A stretch of 64,000 nucleotides of DNA from Ranitomeya imitator (Eukaryota): NCBI RefSeq assembly GCF_032444005.1, contig NC_091287.1:469960001-470024000 (forward strand), written 5' to 3'. The notes under the pieces are model-generated. The model made no database searches. It was not told where the DNA came from and saw only the letters and a list, made by a program, of their open reading frames with translations. The position numbers were made by a program, and so were the translations under genes. Below, piece after piece: positions 11,581 through 23,595 of this stretch (positions are counted from its first letter, which is position 1; every line of letters starts with the position of its first letter).

Positions 11581-12183
11581 TTTCAGTAAATTGGAGCCAG
11601 AACCCGGGAACATGCTGCTGGAGCCGCCTTATAAGGCCCCTCCTTCGGTCAGCGCACCTTGCCCAGCTTGTTTGTTTAATTTTCCCGCCCCCCCGCAGCT
11701 GTGGGGAATCAATCGTCGCTCCGGAGGGATTGCGGCATGATCTCCGGTGGGCGCCGCCATCTTGGAGCCCCCGCGCATGCGCAGGAGCTCACCGATCCGG
11801 AAGACGTCGCCGGCTCCGCCCCCCGACGTCACCACAGCTTACAGCGCTTCCTGTCAGCGCTGCAGCTCTCGTGGAACGCCGAGGCCGGCCAGCTACGATC
11901 CGATCGGCGCCCCCCAGATGCCGCCGCGCTCCCCCCTGCTCCAGAGAGACCCACAGCCCACGGGAAGGGCGACTTACCAGACGCTGGCCCCGGAGACCGG
12001 ACACCCCCTGGCGACCGCTCCTCGCTGCCTAGTCACCGCCGTGCCGCCCTGCCAGGGCCACCGTGACTACTTCAGGTACCCACACCGGCCGAAGTGGGAG
12101 ACCCTCTCGCCACCAGAATCGGTCCGGCCGGCCTGGACTCCTGTAGTTTCTATAGGCATCCAGTCCCTTCAGGAACAGGAAAC

Positions 12184-12287
12184 CAACTGATGCATGGGGA
12201 GAGGTGCCGCCCTTTTGTATCTGTAGGTTTCCTGTTCCTTAAGGGCGGATCCCCTCTCTCGTGTGCTGTCATGGGAGTCCGAATAAA
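12184..12287 (-). repeat. DIRS-B 5' inverted terminal repeat
   Basis: Reverse complement of 6732-6830; starts TTTATTCGGACTCCC on the minus strand. Confidence 0.9.
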
Positions 12288-12747
12288 TGATGTTCTTTCC
12301 ACTTCCAGATTATGGCCAAAACAGTGATGACTAGAACCTTGAGTAATTTACAAATTCTTCTGTAAACAATGCTATCAGTATGGTTTGGAACAATAAGGTT
12401 GTGAAGGTCTTGAGACAGCTCACTGGTTTTATCCATAATGGATTTTTTTGTGTGTGTGGCACCTTGGTAATGAGACACCTTTTTATAGGTCATCAGTTGA
12501 AGCAGCTGATATTTTCCACCAACTGGCGGGATTGCTTTCTAATTAACGTACTGATATATTTCAGCTGGTGTCATGACTATCCATGACTCTTTACACCTCT
12601 TTCTTCATATCCCTGTGTCATCCATCATTATTACACAATTTATGGACATCTGTGGTTTGATTTCTTTGTCTGTGTAGATTGGATGGGTGGTTACTAACAT
12701 CTGGTGAGAATTTCTCGTCAATAGCTGCTTTATTTTTTCACCCTCTG
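12288..12747 (-). mobile_element. Tc1/mariner relic, 5' part with terminus
   Basis: Continues the Tc1 sequence interrupted at 6693; ends CAGAGGGTGAAAAAATAA next to TA. Confidence 0.7.
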
Positions 12748-15374
12748 TATATTGATCAGTATGCAGCCATATACGAGTGTAATCTATGGAGCTAAGCAGG
12801 AAGTACTTCTTTCCTTCAAACAGAAAGTTTTGGCTTTCATAATCATTCCTGACCTATAAATGCAGCTCAAAGGTGATAAAAGCGGAGGGAATCGTCAATG
12901 TCATACACTTCTTGACACTTGTCAGGCGAGAACATCTCCGTAGAAGAAGTGCTGCTTGTTCGCTGTCTCCTCATCACATCATCTTCAGAACCATGGATTA
13001 ATAGCAGGACCATGAAACACCTCATCACCATGGAGACTGAAGCGGAGGGCGTACAAGCCGGCGGATCCTGTCACCATACGTTCTTAAAGCCTCATTAGCA
13101 GCATAAGCCCCGGTGTAACCTACACAGAGGACTTCACTACCGCCATGAATGCTGAGCTACACTTATGTCAAAAAAACAAAGGCGGGACAACAAATTCTAC
13201 CACAAGAACAATGGTACGTCAGAGCTACGGGACAGGATCAAGGGAATGTCATGGAAAAGCACAAATCCTGTCAGAGAGCGGCCATGTATAAGACACGCGG
13301 CTGGGACGGCTCTCACCTCAGGAAATAACGCCATTATGGATTCTGGAGCCGGGTTCGTCTCTCCCTCCAGAAAAAAGGAATACATTGGATGCCAAACCAA
13401 ACGGTTTTAGGTGAAAGCACAGGGGTCCATGGATTTATATGGGCGTCTGTCCCAGGGTGCTGTCAGGATGACGTCCTGGAAATAAAAGTCCTGTGTGCAG
13501 ATCATCCTAAAATACTCATATGGGAACTGTGCCGGACCCCCATATAAGTCAGTGGGGCCCCTCTGCTGCCGTACGCACAAGGGCCACACAGGATGACAAT
13601 TCCTGTCATCCGTTCTGGTTGTTCTGAACAGAATAGATATACGGACATGTGAACAGCGGCTTACAGGAGCCCGAACGTAGGCTACACAAACATGACTGAG
13701 GTCACTGGGTACATCCCCAAAATGATATAAAACTGGTGTCGCTTTTATTTCTAGGGTATAGGATTGCTTGTTCACACACATCTAGGCAGACCAGCATAGT
13801 CGAGGGACCAGCAACGTGGTGTGGCCTGTGAGTTACCGTACAATACCACTATTTGGCATACATTTGTTTATGTTGCTTGAACAATATTTATGCAAAACTA
13901 TGTGCCCCCCCCCCAAAAAAAAAAAAGTACTACTAATCACAGGCACTGCTGACCAGTGCGAACATCCGCACATCATAATCCAAGAGCGCTGGCTCCCCCA
14001 TGTGGCCATTCCAGATGGCTGCACCTCATCTCCGCAGCTTCAGCTGTCAGTCACTTGCTTATGTTAAGATTTCTGTGGGAGACAGTGACGCAGATTTCAG
14101 AGTAGGATGAAAGATATTAGAAGGTGTTCCCATCACTGAAGGTTCTGGTGTAACAGTAGAATATGAAACTCCATTCTGAAATGTAGGGGCCGACCTCTGG
14201 AGGATGAGAGTCTTCGTAAAGGGAAACTGTCGTCAGGGTTTGCTATGTAATCCGAGAGCAGCATGATCTAGGGGCAGAGACCCCGATTCCAGCGATGTGC
14301 CACTTAGTGACCTGTTTGCTGTCATTTTAATACAATCACCGTTTTCTCTACAGCAGATGTCACAGTTCTCTGATTGCTATAACCCTGTCCACACCACTGG
14401 CAGCTTTCTGTGTACACTGTGCATAGGCAGAAAGTTGCTAATCCTTGGTGGGGGCGGGGTTATACGCAAAGAGTTGACAAACAGGCAGAAGACACTGATT
14501 TTATTGAAACAGCAACACACAGCCTAATAAATGACACATTGCTGGAATCAGGGTCTCTTCTTCCCGTACATCATGCTGCTTCCAGATTACATGGCAAAAA
14601 CCTGCCGACACATTCCCTTTAATAGTTTTTCCCGTGTTATGCAGTAAAACAAAGCTCCATTTAAAGGGATTGTCCAAGCACGCTCTTTTCCTTAGGTTCT
14701 GGTGTACTAAAAAAAAAAAACCACAACCCTATACTTATGTCCTACCGATTCCACCCTGTGCCTCTGTACCGCTGATCAGGTGCGGACTGTTGCAGCCAAT
14801 CAGAGGAGAGAGGGGGGCCCAGTCAGCATTACGGAGGAGGGAGCAGTACCTGTGAGTATATGGTTGTTTCTATCTGTAAAGCTCACAGTGGTTTTAAAAA
14901 TAAAAAACAGGTGGACTGTTGCTTTAATAGAAAGGTGGACTTCTCTGCAGTGACGGCACCGCCCTAGAAATAGGCCATTATTGTCTATGAAAACTATTAC
15001 ACTGATCCAGGATACTACAATTGTGTGAAATCACCTCTGGGTTTGCTGGATACAACGGTCGGGCCTGAAAATGGAGGAACGTTCGTCTTCTTTTAGGCTA
15101 AATATGAATGAGACACAACCGCTTTCCCTGGAGCCTGGACATGCGCCCATGTGTCAATGTCTGGACATAATGCAGATATGCGAGCCCCGATGGGGGCAGA
15201 GACGATGATGCCTGTAAGGGGCTATAGGAGTCAAATACAAGCAGTATAAAATGTAATAATATGCGCCCCCAATGTCACTAAGCCGGGGCTTTATGGACTG
15301 TGTAGAGACCTGCGGTATCGTCATCCCGGGGATCTCAGTGACTGCAGACACCACACATTACAACCAGCCATGCA

Positions 15375-16448
15375 CAAGAGCTGGAGAGAACCCGCGACAA
15401 AACATCACTACTGGAAACAAGAGCTGGAGAGAACCCGCGACAAAACATCACTACTGGAAACAAGAGCTGGAGAGAACCCGCCACAAAACATCATCACTGG
15501 AAACAAGAGCTGGAGAGAACCCGCCACAAAACATCACTACTGGAAACAAGAGCTGGAGAGAACCCGCCACAAAACATCACTACTGGAAACAAGAGCTGGA
15601 GAGAACCCGCCACAAAACATCATTACTGGAAACAAGAGCTGGAGAGAACCCGCCACAAAACATCACTACTGGAAACAAGAGCTGGAGAGAACCCGCCACA
15701 AAACATCACTACTGGAAACAAGAGCTGGAGAGAACCCGCCACAAAACATCACTACTGGAAACGAGAGCTGGAGAGAACCCGCCACAAAACATCACTACTG
15801 GAAACAAGAGCTGGAGAGAACCCGCCACAAAACATCACTACTGGAAACAAGAGCTGGAGAGAACCCGCCACAAAACATCATTACTGGAAACAAGAGCTGG
15901 AGAGAACCCGCCACAAAACATCACTACTGGAAACAAGAGCTGGAGAGAACCCGCCACAAAACATCATTACTGGAAACAAGAGCTGGAGAGAACCCGCCAC
16001 AAAACATCACTACTGGAAACAAGAGCTGGAGAGAACCCGCCACAAAACATCACTACTGGAAACAAGAGCTGGAGAGAACCCGCCACAAACATCATTACTG
16101 GAAACAAGAGCTGGAGAGAACCCGCCACAAAACATCACTACTGGAAACAAGAGCTGGAGAGAACCCGCCACAAAACATCATTACTGGAAACAAGAGCTGG
16201 AGAGAACCCGCCACAAAACATCACTACTGGAAACAAGAGCTGGAGAGAACCCGCCACAAAACATCATCACTGGAAACGAGAGCTGGAGAGAACCCGCCAC
16301 AAAACATCATCACTGGAAACAAGAGCTGGAGAGAACCCGCCACAAAACATCACTACTGGAAACAAGAGCTGGAGAGAACCCGCCACATAACATCATCACT
16401 GGAAACAAGAGCTGGAGAGAACCCGCCACAAAACATCACTACTGGAAA
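15375..16448. repeat. 43-bp minisatellite, ~25 copies
   Basis: Unit CAAGAGCTGGAGAGAACCCGCCACAAAACATCACTACTGGAAA; starts at 15375 and 15418 give period 43. Confidence 0.95.
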
Positions 16449-16855
16449 TTTGCTAAAACCTTTCATATAACAGATTAATAATGAACAGCAAAACCCCAAC
16501 CTAAAAGCCAGAGTTTGTTGCCTGCTGCGGACAGATCAGTGACTTATAACAGCAAAGTCTGCTCTGCTGATGCATACAGCAGAAGATAATCCCTGGTCCA
16601 TGCAGCAATATACCAGCACTTGCCATTCCTTTCACATCACTGATCTGTTAGCAGCAGGCACCACACAGTAACACAGCACCTGTATACAGAGCCCCATCGT
16701 GCAGTATTTCTCTCTTACTCTTGACCCCTCTATATACAGCCCATTATTCAGCACATGTGTATTTTTACAGGGAATCTATCACCAGGTTTTGCCACCTAAT
16801 CGAGAGACAGAATGGTGTAGAGACAGAGACCCTGATTGCAAGGATGTGTCACGAA

Positions 16856-17181
16856 GGCTACTTTCACACGTCTTTCCTCTGCCGTCGCAATACGTTGATT
16901 TTTGAGAATACAGGATCCTGCATTTTCCCATAGACTTGTATTAGCGATGTATCATGACGGATGGACACAGGTTTCGTCCGCCGTGCACTGGATCCTGTGG
17001 AATGTGACGGGTCGTCTTTTGCATCCAGTGTTTCAGACTGCGCGTGCCCGGCAGGAAATCTCGCTCGCACTCTCTTCCCTCACCCAGAATACAGACGGAA
17101 ATGTGAAAGAACAATCTTCCGTTAGTACGTCGCACTGACGCTTTGTGACGGTCGACTACCGACGGAAATGTGAAAGTAGCC
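16856..17181. mobile_element. PIF/Harbinger-like MITE
   Basis: TIRs GGCTACTTTCACA / TGTGAAAGTAGCC, right flank TTA (left flank imperfect). Confidence 0.7.
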
Positions 17182-18373
17182 TTACTGGGCTGCTTGCTGT
17201 ACTTGTGATAAAATGACTTATCAGCATGAAATCATCACTACAAGACTAGTAAACCTGCCGTAATGTAGTCATCAACATTCATAAGCTCTGAATAAAACCG
17301 CCCAACTAATTGGCAGCTTTCTGCCTATGCACAGTATACACAGAAAGCTGCCAATCAGTGGTGTGGACAGGGCAATACCAGGCCCAGCATTCAGAGAAAC
17401 GGTAGATCTGCAGCAGAGAAAACTGTGATGTTATCAAAGCTGCAGCATGTGACACATCGCTAGAATCAGGGTCTCTGCTCCTACATCATGTTGCTTTCAG
17501 TTGGGGTAGCAAACAATGTTAAAATATTCTCTGCTTCCTGTTGTAAGCTTGGCACTGTAATAATGAAGGCTCCATCTCACAGCGGCAGCTCCGATGAGGC
17601 TGAACTGTCCCAGGAACAGAGTTCAGCGGATTTGCTCGCGTTCCCTCTTCGCTCCGGCTGATCCGCTGTCCGGGGCCGCAGGTGTCAGCACAGGGCTATT
17701 CCCATCGCTGCCTTTCATGGCTACACAGATGGAGAAGCACAATCAGCCGCCCCTCGCCGTGTGTGTAACTCCCATAGAAACTGATCAAAGTTGTGGAAAA
17801 GCAGAGCTCACTGCCCAGAGCTACGTCTCCTCAGACATCTTCCTGGCTGGCGGACCCTTCTCCATTTCTGTCCCGCCTGCTGCCTCGGTTATCAGGCTGC
17901 ACAGCTTGTGACAAACAACATAAATGACTCATTGCTATGTAACATGCCGCCCTCACCTTCCAGCCGCCCTAGGCGCGTGCTCTCTAGTGCCATAATATGG
18001 CCAATGTGCCCTGTGTGGCAGATATCACAGTGACCGACGCTTCATCCAATCATAATGTTGTCATGACTACAGCTCAAAGGTCCCAAGAAGCCCAGCAGGG
18101 CTGATTTCTCGCCACATTCACTCTTCCTGACCTTCTGCCATCAGACCTGAGTCACAGTCAAAGGCGCCATATTGTCACATCCTAAAATCAAATGGATTTC
18201 CCTTCTCAGCCAATCAGGCTGCAGATTTCATTCTAAAATTGGAGTCTAAAATATGAGAGAAGATCTGATTGGCTGCTATGGGAATCTCATTGTCCGTGTC
18301 TATAGCGCCCCCTGTGTAAGTATGACAGGACTGCACTGCTGGGCGCGCACCCTGCACCGGCCGCTCCTCTCAC

Positions 18374-18553
18374 CTTTCCTCCGGCAGCAGCAGTCACCCG
18401 TGACGCAGCCGGCTTCCGCTCATCCCCGGCAGCGCCGATCCCGAGCTCTGACTCCCCGGATGCCGCTGTACTGAATGACCGCACTGCCTTCCTGACAGGC
18501 GCCCGCAGAGCGCTCAGCCACCTCCCGGCATGTGTACAGCAGGGCGCCGCCAT
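18374..18553 (-). CDS. MRPS28: MRPS28 exon 1 (mitochondrial presequence)
   Basis: ATG GCG GCG CCC; MAAPCCTHAGRWLSALRAPVRKAVRSFSTAASGES... Arg/Ala-rich presequence; GC-rich; 180 nt ending AAG|GTGAGA in phase 0, matching the exon 2 acceptor. Confidence 0.8.
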
Positions 18554-18790
18554 GTTGGATGCTGCGGACGTACAGCACCCAGGAATCATAGAGCGCAGAA
18601 AGAACCGTGGCGGCGCAACAGCGACCTCTGCTGCTCGGAGATGTTCTCTGCAAACTGAACACACGCAGCTTCACCGGCAGAGGGCAGCATAGACACAGGC
18701 TGACTTGGGATACGCGTATTTTGGATGCGTTTTTTTGTATGGAGACTGGATGCGCATAGTTTGGGGGCGTGCTGACCAGACCATGTCTTA

Positions 18791-19359
18791 GACTACGTTC
18801 AGATTTGCGGTGCGTCGGGCGCAACCGCGACGACGCATGCGCCATGCGCCCCTATATTTAAGGCTACGTTTACATTTGCGTTGTGTGCTGCGTCGGCGAC
18901 GCAACGCACAATGCACGCAAAAACGCATGCAAAACGTTGCGTTTTGTGACGCATGCGTTCATTTTTATAGCGCAAAAAAATGCAACAAGCTGCGTCCTCT
19001 GCGCCCTGACGCTTGCGCCCAAAAATCGCATGCGTCACAAAACGCAACAAAACGCATGTCCATGCGCCCCCCATGTTAAATATAGGGACGCATGGCGCAT
19101 GCGTCGCCGCGGTTGCGCCTGACGCACCGCAAATTTGAACGTAGCATAACATGGGGGGGCGCATGGACATGCGTTTTGTTGCATTTTGTGACGCATGCGT
19201 TTTTTGGGCGCAAGCGTCAGGGCATAGAGGACGCAGCTTGTTGCATTTTTTTGCGCTATAAAAATGAACGCATGCGTCACAAAACGCAGTGTTTTGCTGC
19301 GCTTTTGCGTGCGTTGTGTCGCCGACGCAGCACACAACAACGCAAATGTGAACGTAGCC
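18791..19359. mobile_element. Harbinger-like MITE with an inverted copy of itself nested at 18862-19146
   Basis: Outer TIR (G)ACTACGTTCA..TGAACGTAGCC with TTA flanks; inner copy flanked by TAA at 18859-18861 and 19147-19149. Confidence 0.8.
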
Positions 19360-19735
19360 TTAATGTCTTCAGGACATGCTCCCTAATCTCCTGAAGTAAT
19401 AGAGCAGCCAAACCCCTATATCAGTACAGAGAGAGAGACCAAACACCCTGAATGATCCCAGATCAATGTCTACAAAGATAGACCATACACATTAAAAATG
19501 TAAATAATGAACCCCAGACCAAACTACTAATCAAAAACATCCACCCAAAATTACAGACCAGACACGCTAAATTATAAGGGACAGTGGCAGCGCTCATCGA
19601 GCTCCATCTGCCCCATAGACAATGAGTAGATCCGTCATACACAGGCTTCACTCCTTGGTTGTCGGGTGATAACAAGTTACCGCCTATACTGTGGACAGAA
19701 TATAACAGCAGTGTGCAGCGCGCCTCACCAGGGCT

Positions 19736-21444
19736 CCGTTCATTCACTATATGGCTGCTGAGCGCTGCACTCTGCCCCCAGAGAAGTAATGGAGCGGTAG
19801 TCAGGTATGTGACCTGTCGCTCCATTCACTCACTATATGGCTGCCGAGCGCTGCACTCTGCCCCCAGAGAAGTAATGGAGCGGTAGTCAGGTATCTGACC
19901 TGTCGCTCCATTCACTCACTATATGGCTGCCGAGCGCTGCACTCTGCCCCCAGAGAAGTAATGGAGCGGTAGTCAGGTATGTGACCTGTCGCTCCATTCA
20001 CTCACTATATGGCTGCCGAGCGCTGCACTCTGCCCCCAGAGAAGTAATGGAGCGGTAGTCAGGTATGTGACCTGTCGCTCCATTCACTCACTATATGGCT
20101 GCCGAGCGCTGCACTCTGCCCCCAGAGAAGTAATGGAGCGGTAGTCAGGTATCTGACCTGTCGCTCCATTCACTCACTATATGGCTGCCGAGCGCTGCAC
20201 TCTGCCCCCAGAGAAGTAATGGAGCGGTAGTCAGGTATGTGACCTGTCGCTCCATTCACTCACTATATGGCTGCCGAGCGCTGCACTCTGCCCCCAGAGA
20301 AGTAATGGAGCGGTAGTCAGGTATCTGACCTGTCGCTCCATTCACTCACTATATGGCTGCTGAGCGCTGCACTCTGCCCCCAGAGAAGTAATGGAGCGGT
20401 AGTCAGGTATCTGACCTGTCGCTCCATTCACTCACTATATGGCTGCCGAGCGCTGCACTCTGCCCCCAGAGAAGTAATGGAGCGGTAGTTGGTATCTGAC
20501 CTGTCGCTCCATTCACTCACTATATGGCTGCCGAGCGCTGCACCCTGCCCTCTGAATAGTAATGGAGCGGTAGTCATTCACTTTATGGCTGCCGAGCGCT
20601 GCGCTCTGCCCCCGAGAAGTAATGGAGCAGTAGTTGGCATCTGACCTGTCGCTCCATTCATTCACTATATGGCTGCCGAGCGCTGCACTCTGCCCGGAGA
20701 AGTAATGGAGCGGTAGTTGGCATCTGACCTGTCACTCCATTCATTCACTATATGGATGCCGAGCGCTGCACTCTGCCCCTGAGAAGTATTGGAGCGGTAG
20801 TTGGCATCTGACCTGTTGCTCCATTCATTCACTATATGGCTGCTGAGTGCTGCACTCTGCCCGGAGAAGTAATGGAGCGGTAGTCGGGAATCTGACCTGT
20901 CGCTCCATTCATTCACTATATGGCTGCCAAGCGCTGCACTCTGCCCCCTGAGAAGTAATGGAGCGGTAGTCGGGAATCTGACCTGTCGCTCCATTCATTC
21001 ACTATATGGCTGCTGAGCGCTGCACTCTGCCCTCTGAGAAGTAATGGAGCAGTAGTTGGCATCTGACCTGTCACTCCATTCATTCACTATATGGCTGCCA
21101 AGCGCTGCACTCTGCCCCCTGAGAAGTAATGGAGCGGTAGTCGGGAATCTGACCTGTCGCTCCATTCATTCACTATATGGCTGCTGAGCGCTGCACTCTG
21201 CCCTCTGAGAAGTAATGGAGCGGTAGTTGGCATCTGACCTGTCACTCCATTCATTCACTATATGGCTGCTGAGCGCTGCACCCTGCCCTCTGAGAAGTAA
21301 TGGAGCAGTAGTTGGCATCTGACCTGTCAGTCCATTCATTCACTATATGGCTGCTGAGCGCTGCACCCTGCCCTCTGAGAAGTAATGGAGCGGTAGTTGG
21401 CATCTGACCTGTCGCTCCATTCATTCACTATATGGCTGCTGAGC
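19736..21444. repeat. 86-bp satellite, ~20 copies (resumes at 45737-45927 and 46114-46170)
   Basis: Unit CATTCACTCACTATATGGCTGCCGAGCGCTGCACTCTGCCCCCAGAGAAGTAATGGAGCGG...; starts 19823 and 19909 give period 86. Confidence 0.93.
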
Positions 21445-22171
21445 AAAGTGGAGCACCCGCTAGGGCCGTGAGGATATTCGGTACCGGGCCGGTTCTTAAA
21501 GGGGAAGTAAAGGCAGCAATGACCCGGTCCGTGACCCTGGGAATGCAATAAAAGTGGAATAAAAGGGGGATAAAGTTTATGGGATAAATGTTTGTGACGC
21601 CACCTGTGGTACTCGGCAATAAAGATGTTAGCCGACGCAGCTTGAAGAATCCGCCGGGGCTGATGGTGATGCAGCAGAGTTGGTACAGCTCTCCACAGGT
21701 AGAGCTTTAGTCCCAGGGCACTCAGGTTGTAAATGATGATGATGCTGATAGTGGATGTGGTGCAGGGTGGATGGCGCAGTAAATAAATGTAAGGACACAG
21801 CGTGGTGCAGTTTCCAATTCTTTACTCACAGTTCTTAGTTGGCCCAGGCGGGGTGCTGTGTCCTCCAGATTTGTGGTCCAGCCAGCTCTCAAGCAATTTG
21901 GATGCACTTTCCAGAACCCTCTTTCTGTTCCTTTCTCTGGCCGTCTCTCTGCGCTGTCTTCACCTCTCCTGCCCTGCGCCTGCCACAGTGTCCCAAGCCC
22001 AGCCTCGGATCTTGTCAGGTGGCGAGCTCTAAGTCCCCCAGGATCCTATATGGCTGCCTTTTCAGTGAATGTGTGCAGATTTGACTGTGCTTCCAGCAAA
22101 AGCCACAGCCTCCGGTTATTTAGCTGAGTCCTTAGTTTCTCCACTATAATAGGGCCGGTCCCCTTGCCTGT
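21445..22171 (-). mobile_element. Solo-LTR-like element, 3' part (other part 45283-45736)
   Basis: Non-coding insert in the 86-bp satellite; the other half begins TGTGGCGCCCC on the minus strand; the halves join through duplicated CCTTGCCTGT; left boundary approximate. Confidence 0.55.
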
Positions 22172-22735
22172 AAGTAACGGTAGAAAAGGTGCTCACTGCT
22201 TTTTAGAGGTGCTCAGGACCAAATAACAATATTATGAAAAAACTCTGGCACACTATTAGATACTCAGAAAGTCTCTTATTATGAATTTTTATTTCAAAAA
22301 TAACGGTGAATTTCCATCAAAGATATCATCATATTTCAAAATGGTGAATTTCCATATATCCTTATGCTTCCATAAAAGACGTGGGTTTTATTTTCAATAT
22401 TAGATATGCATCTCTTATACTTTGTATGGACACAATAATCAATCCTTTTAATCTCTCAACGTTTCGGCTGTGAAGCCTTTTTCAAGAGAAACAATGTCCT
22501 TCTGTAACATACATGGAAAGATATGCATTAACATCAAGATAATGAAGAGATAAATAAGAAACATAAAAGAAAGAAAAAAGAAAAAACAAAAAGCAAAAAA
22601 CAGAAAGCAGGGGGACAAAATGTAGTGAGACCCCCTTTAACATGTAAATTCTACATAATTCACCTTCTAAATGCCATCTAGTGTAAATAAAACGAGAACC
22701 TTGAATAGGAAGCATCCCTAACTATGGGGTTTTTT
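22172..22735 (-). repeat. Penelope pseudo-LTR, 3' copy
   Basis: Direct repeat of 44718-45281, about three substitutions seen by eye. Confidence 0.92.
22452..22491 (-). ncRNA. Minimal type I hammerhead ribozyme (U3-A8 variant)
   Basis: Minus strand TTTCTC-TTGAAAAA-GGCT(TCAC)AGCC-GAAACGTT-GAGAGA: stem I, stem II, palindromic stem III. Confidence 0.75.
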
Positions 22736-23595
22736 ATGGATAATTATCCCCTTAAATAAACGGAACTAGTAGGACATACATCTGAAAATACCCATATCAA
22801 ATGATCACAATGGTGTGAAGGAAAAGGATAGCTCGCACTGAGGTACAATGGCACTGTGATGGATAACAATGTGATATCCTAAACTATTGGCATACCCTCA
22901 AGAGACCCCTATATATACCAAAGGTGAAATAGCAAAAGTACATACTTGCAAAAATGTAGAGAGCCGGATAGGGAAAACCCACTGTGGGAATAAGTATATA
23001 TAAAACGCTTTAAGATAAAGGAATGAACCATTATAATATATGTGCAGCGTAAAGAGAGTGTAGTAGAATTACCTTAGTGTATGGTGACTGCCATAGAAGT
23101 GCTGCTTCGACCGCGAGGAAAACCGCTGACGGGAGGCAGTGAGAAGTGACTGTGCGGCCGACATTTTATGCTGTACCGGTGCTCGTGCCCGTGAAAGAAC
23201 TTCCAGGTGAAGGTGCAAGTGCCGGACCTGCGCAAAGAGGTCCGGAGAGAGACAGGGAAAGTTGAGGGAGGCCGAAATAGTGCGCTTGCGCAGAAGAGCC
23301 CGAGCCCGGGCTTCACACAGCTCCTCAGTGCTGCAAGATAATAGAAAGAAAGAACCATGAATTAAAGACACGGGTTAACAATATATCAGACTAAATATGT
23401 AAAGTTATTTCTAAGTATATAGTACAAGGAGAACATATATAAACATAATAAAACAACCAAGAGGGCTCAAATACTTATGAATGCCCGCTGGATACATAAA
23501 GAGAAGGTTAATGTAGAATGACACAATGTCATGGCACATAATAATAAGAGATTGAAAATCGGACATCTGACATGATGAAACCAGGGATTCAAGCT

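Larger units (their letters stand above)
6694..12287 (-). mobile_element. Full-length DIRS retrotransposon B (~5.6 kb), in MRPS28 intron 1
   Basis: Inverted terminal repeats, ICR at 7005-7088 equal to the 3'/5' end junction, three long ORFs; the flanks rejoin as continuous Tc1 sequence at AAA. Confidence 0.95.

Noticed and set aside
12900-13800. Complex, possibly once-coding segment in MRPS28 intron 1
   Set aside because: No recognisable domain, termini or long frame. A translated homology search would be needed; left unannotated.
15272-16470. Two long repetitive ORFs, or a CRISPR-like array
   Set aside because: A 43-bp tandem unit with no unique spacers and no cas genes; the ORFs arise because the unit lacks stops on this strand.
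21590-21605. tRNA-Ser PBS-like TGGCGTCACAAACA in the solo-LTR-like element
   Set aside because: Partial match, no gag/pol follows, and the boundaries are uncertain.
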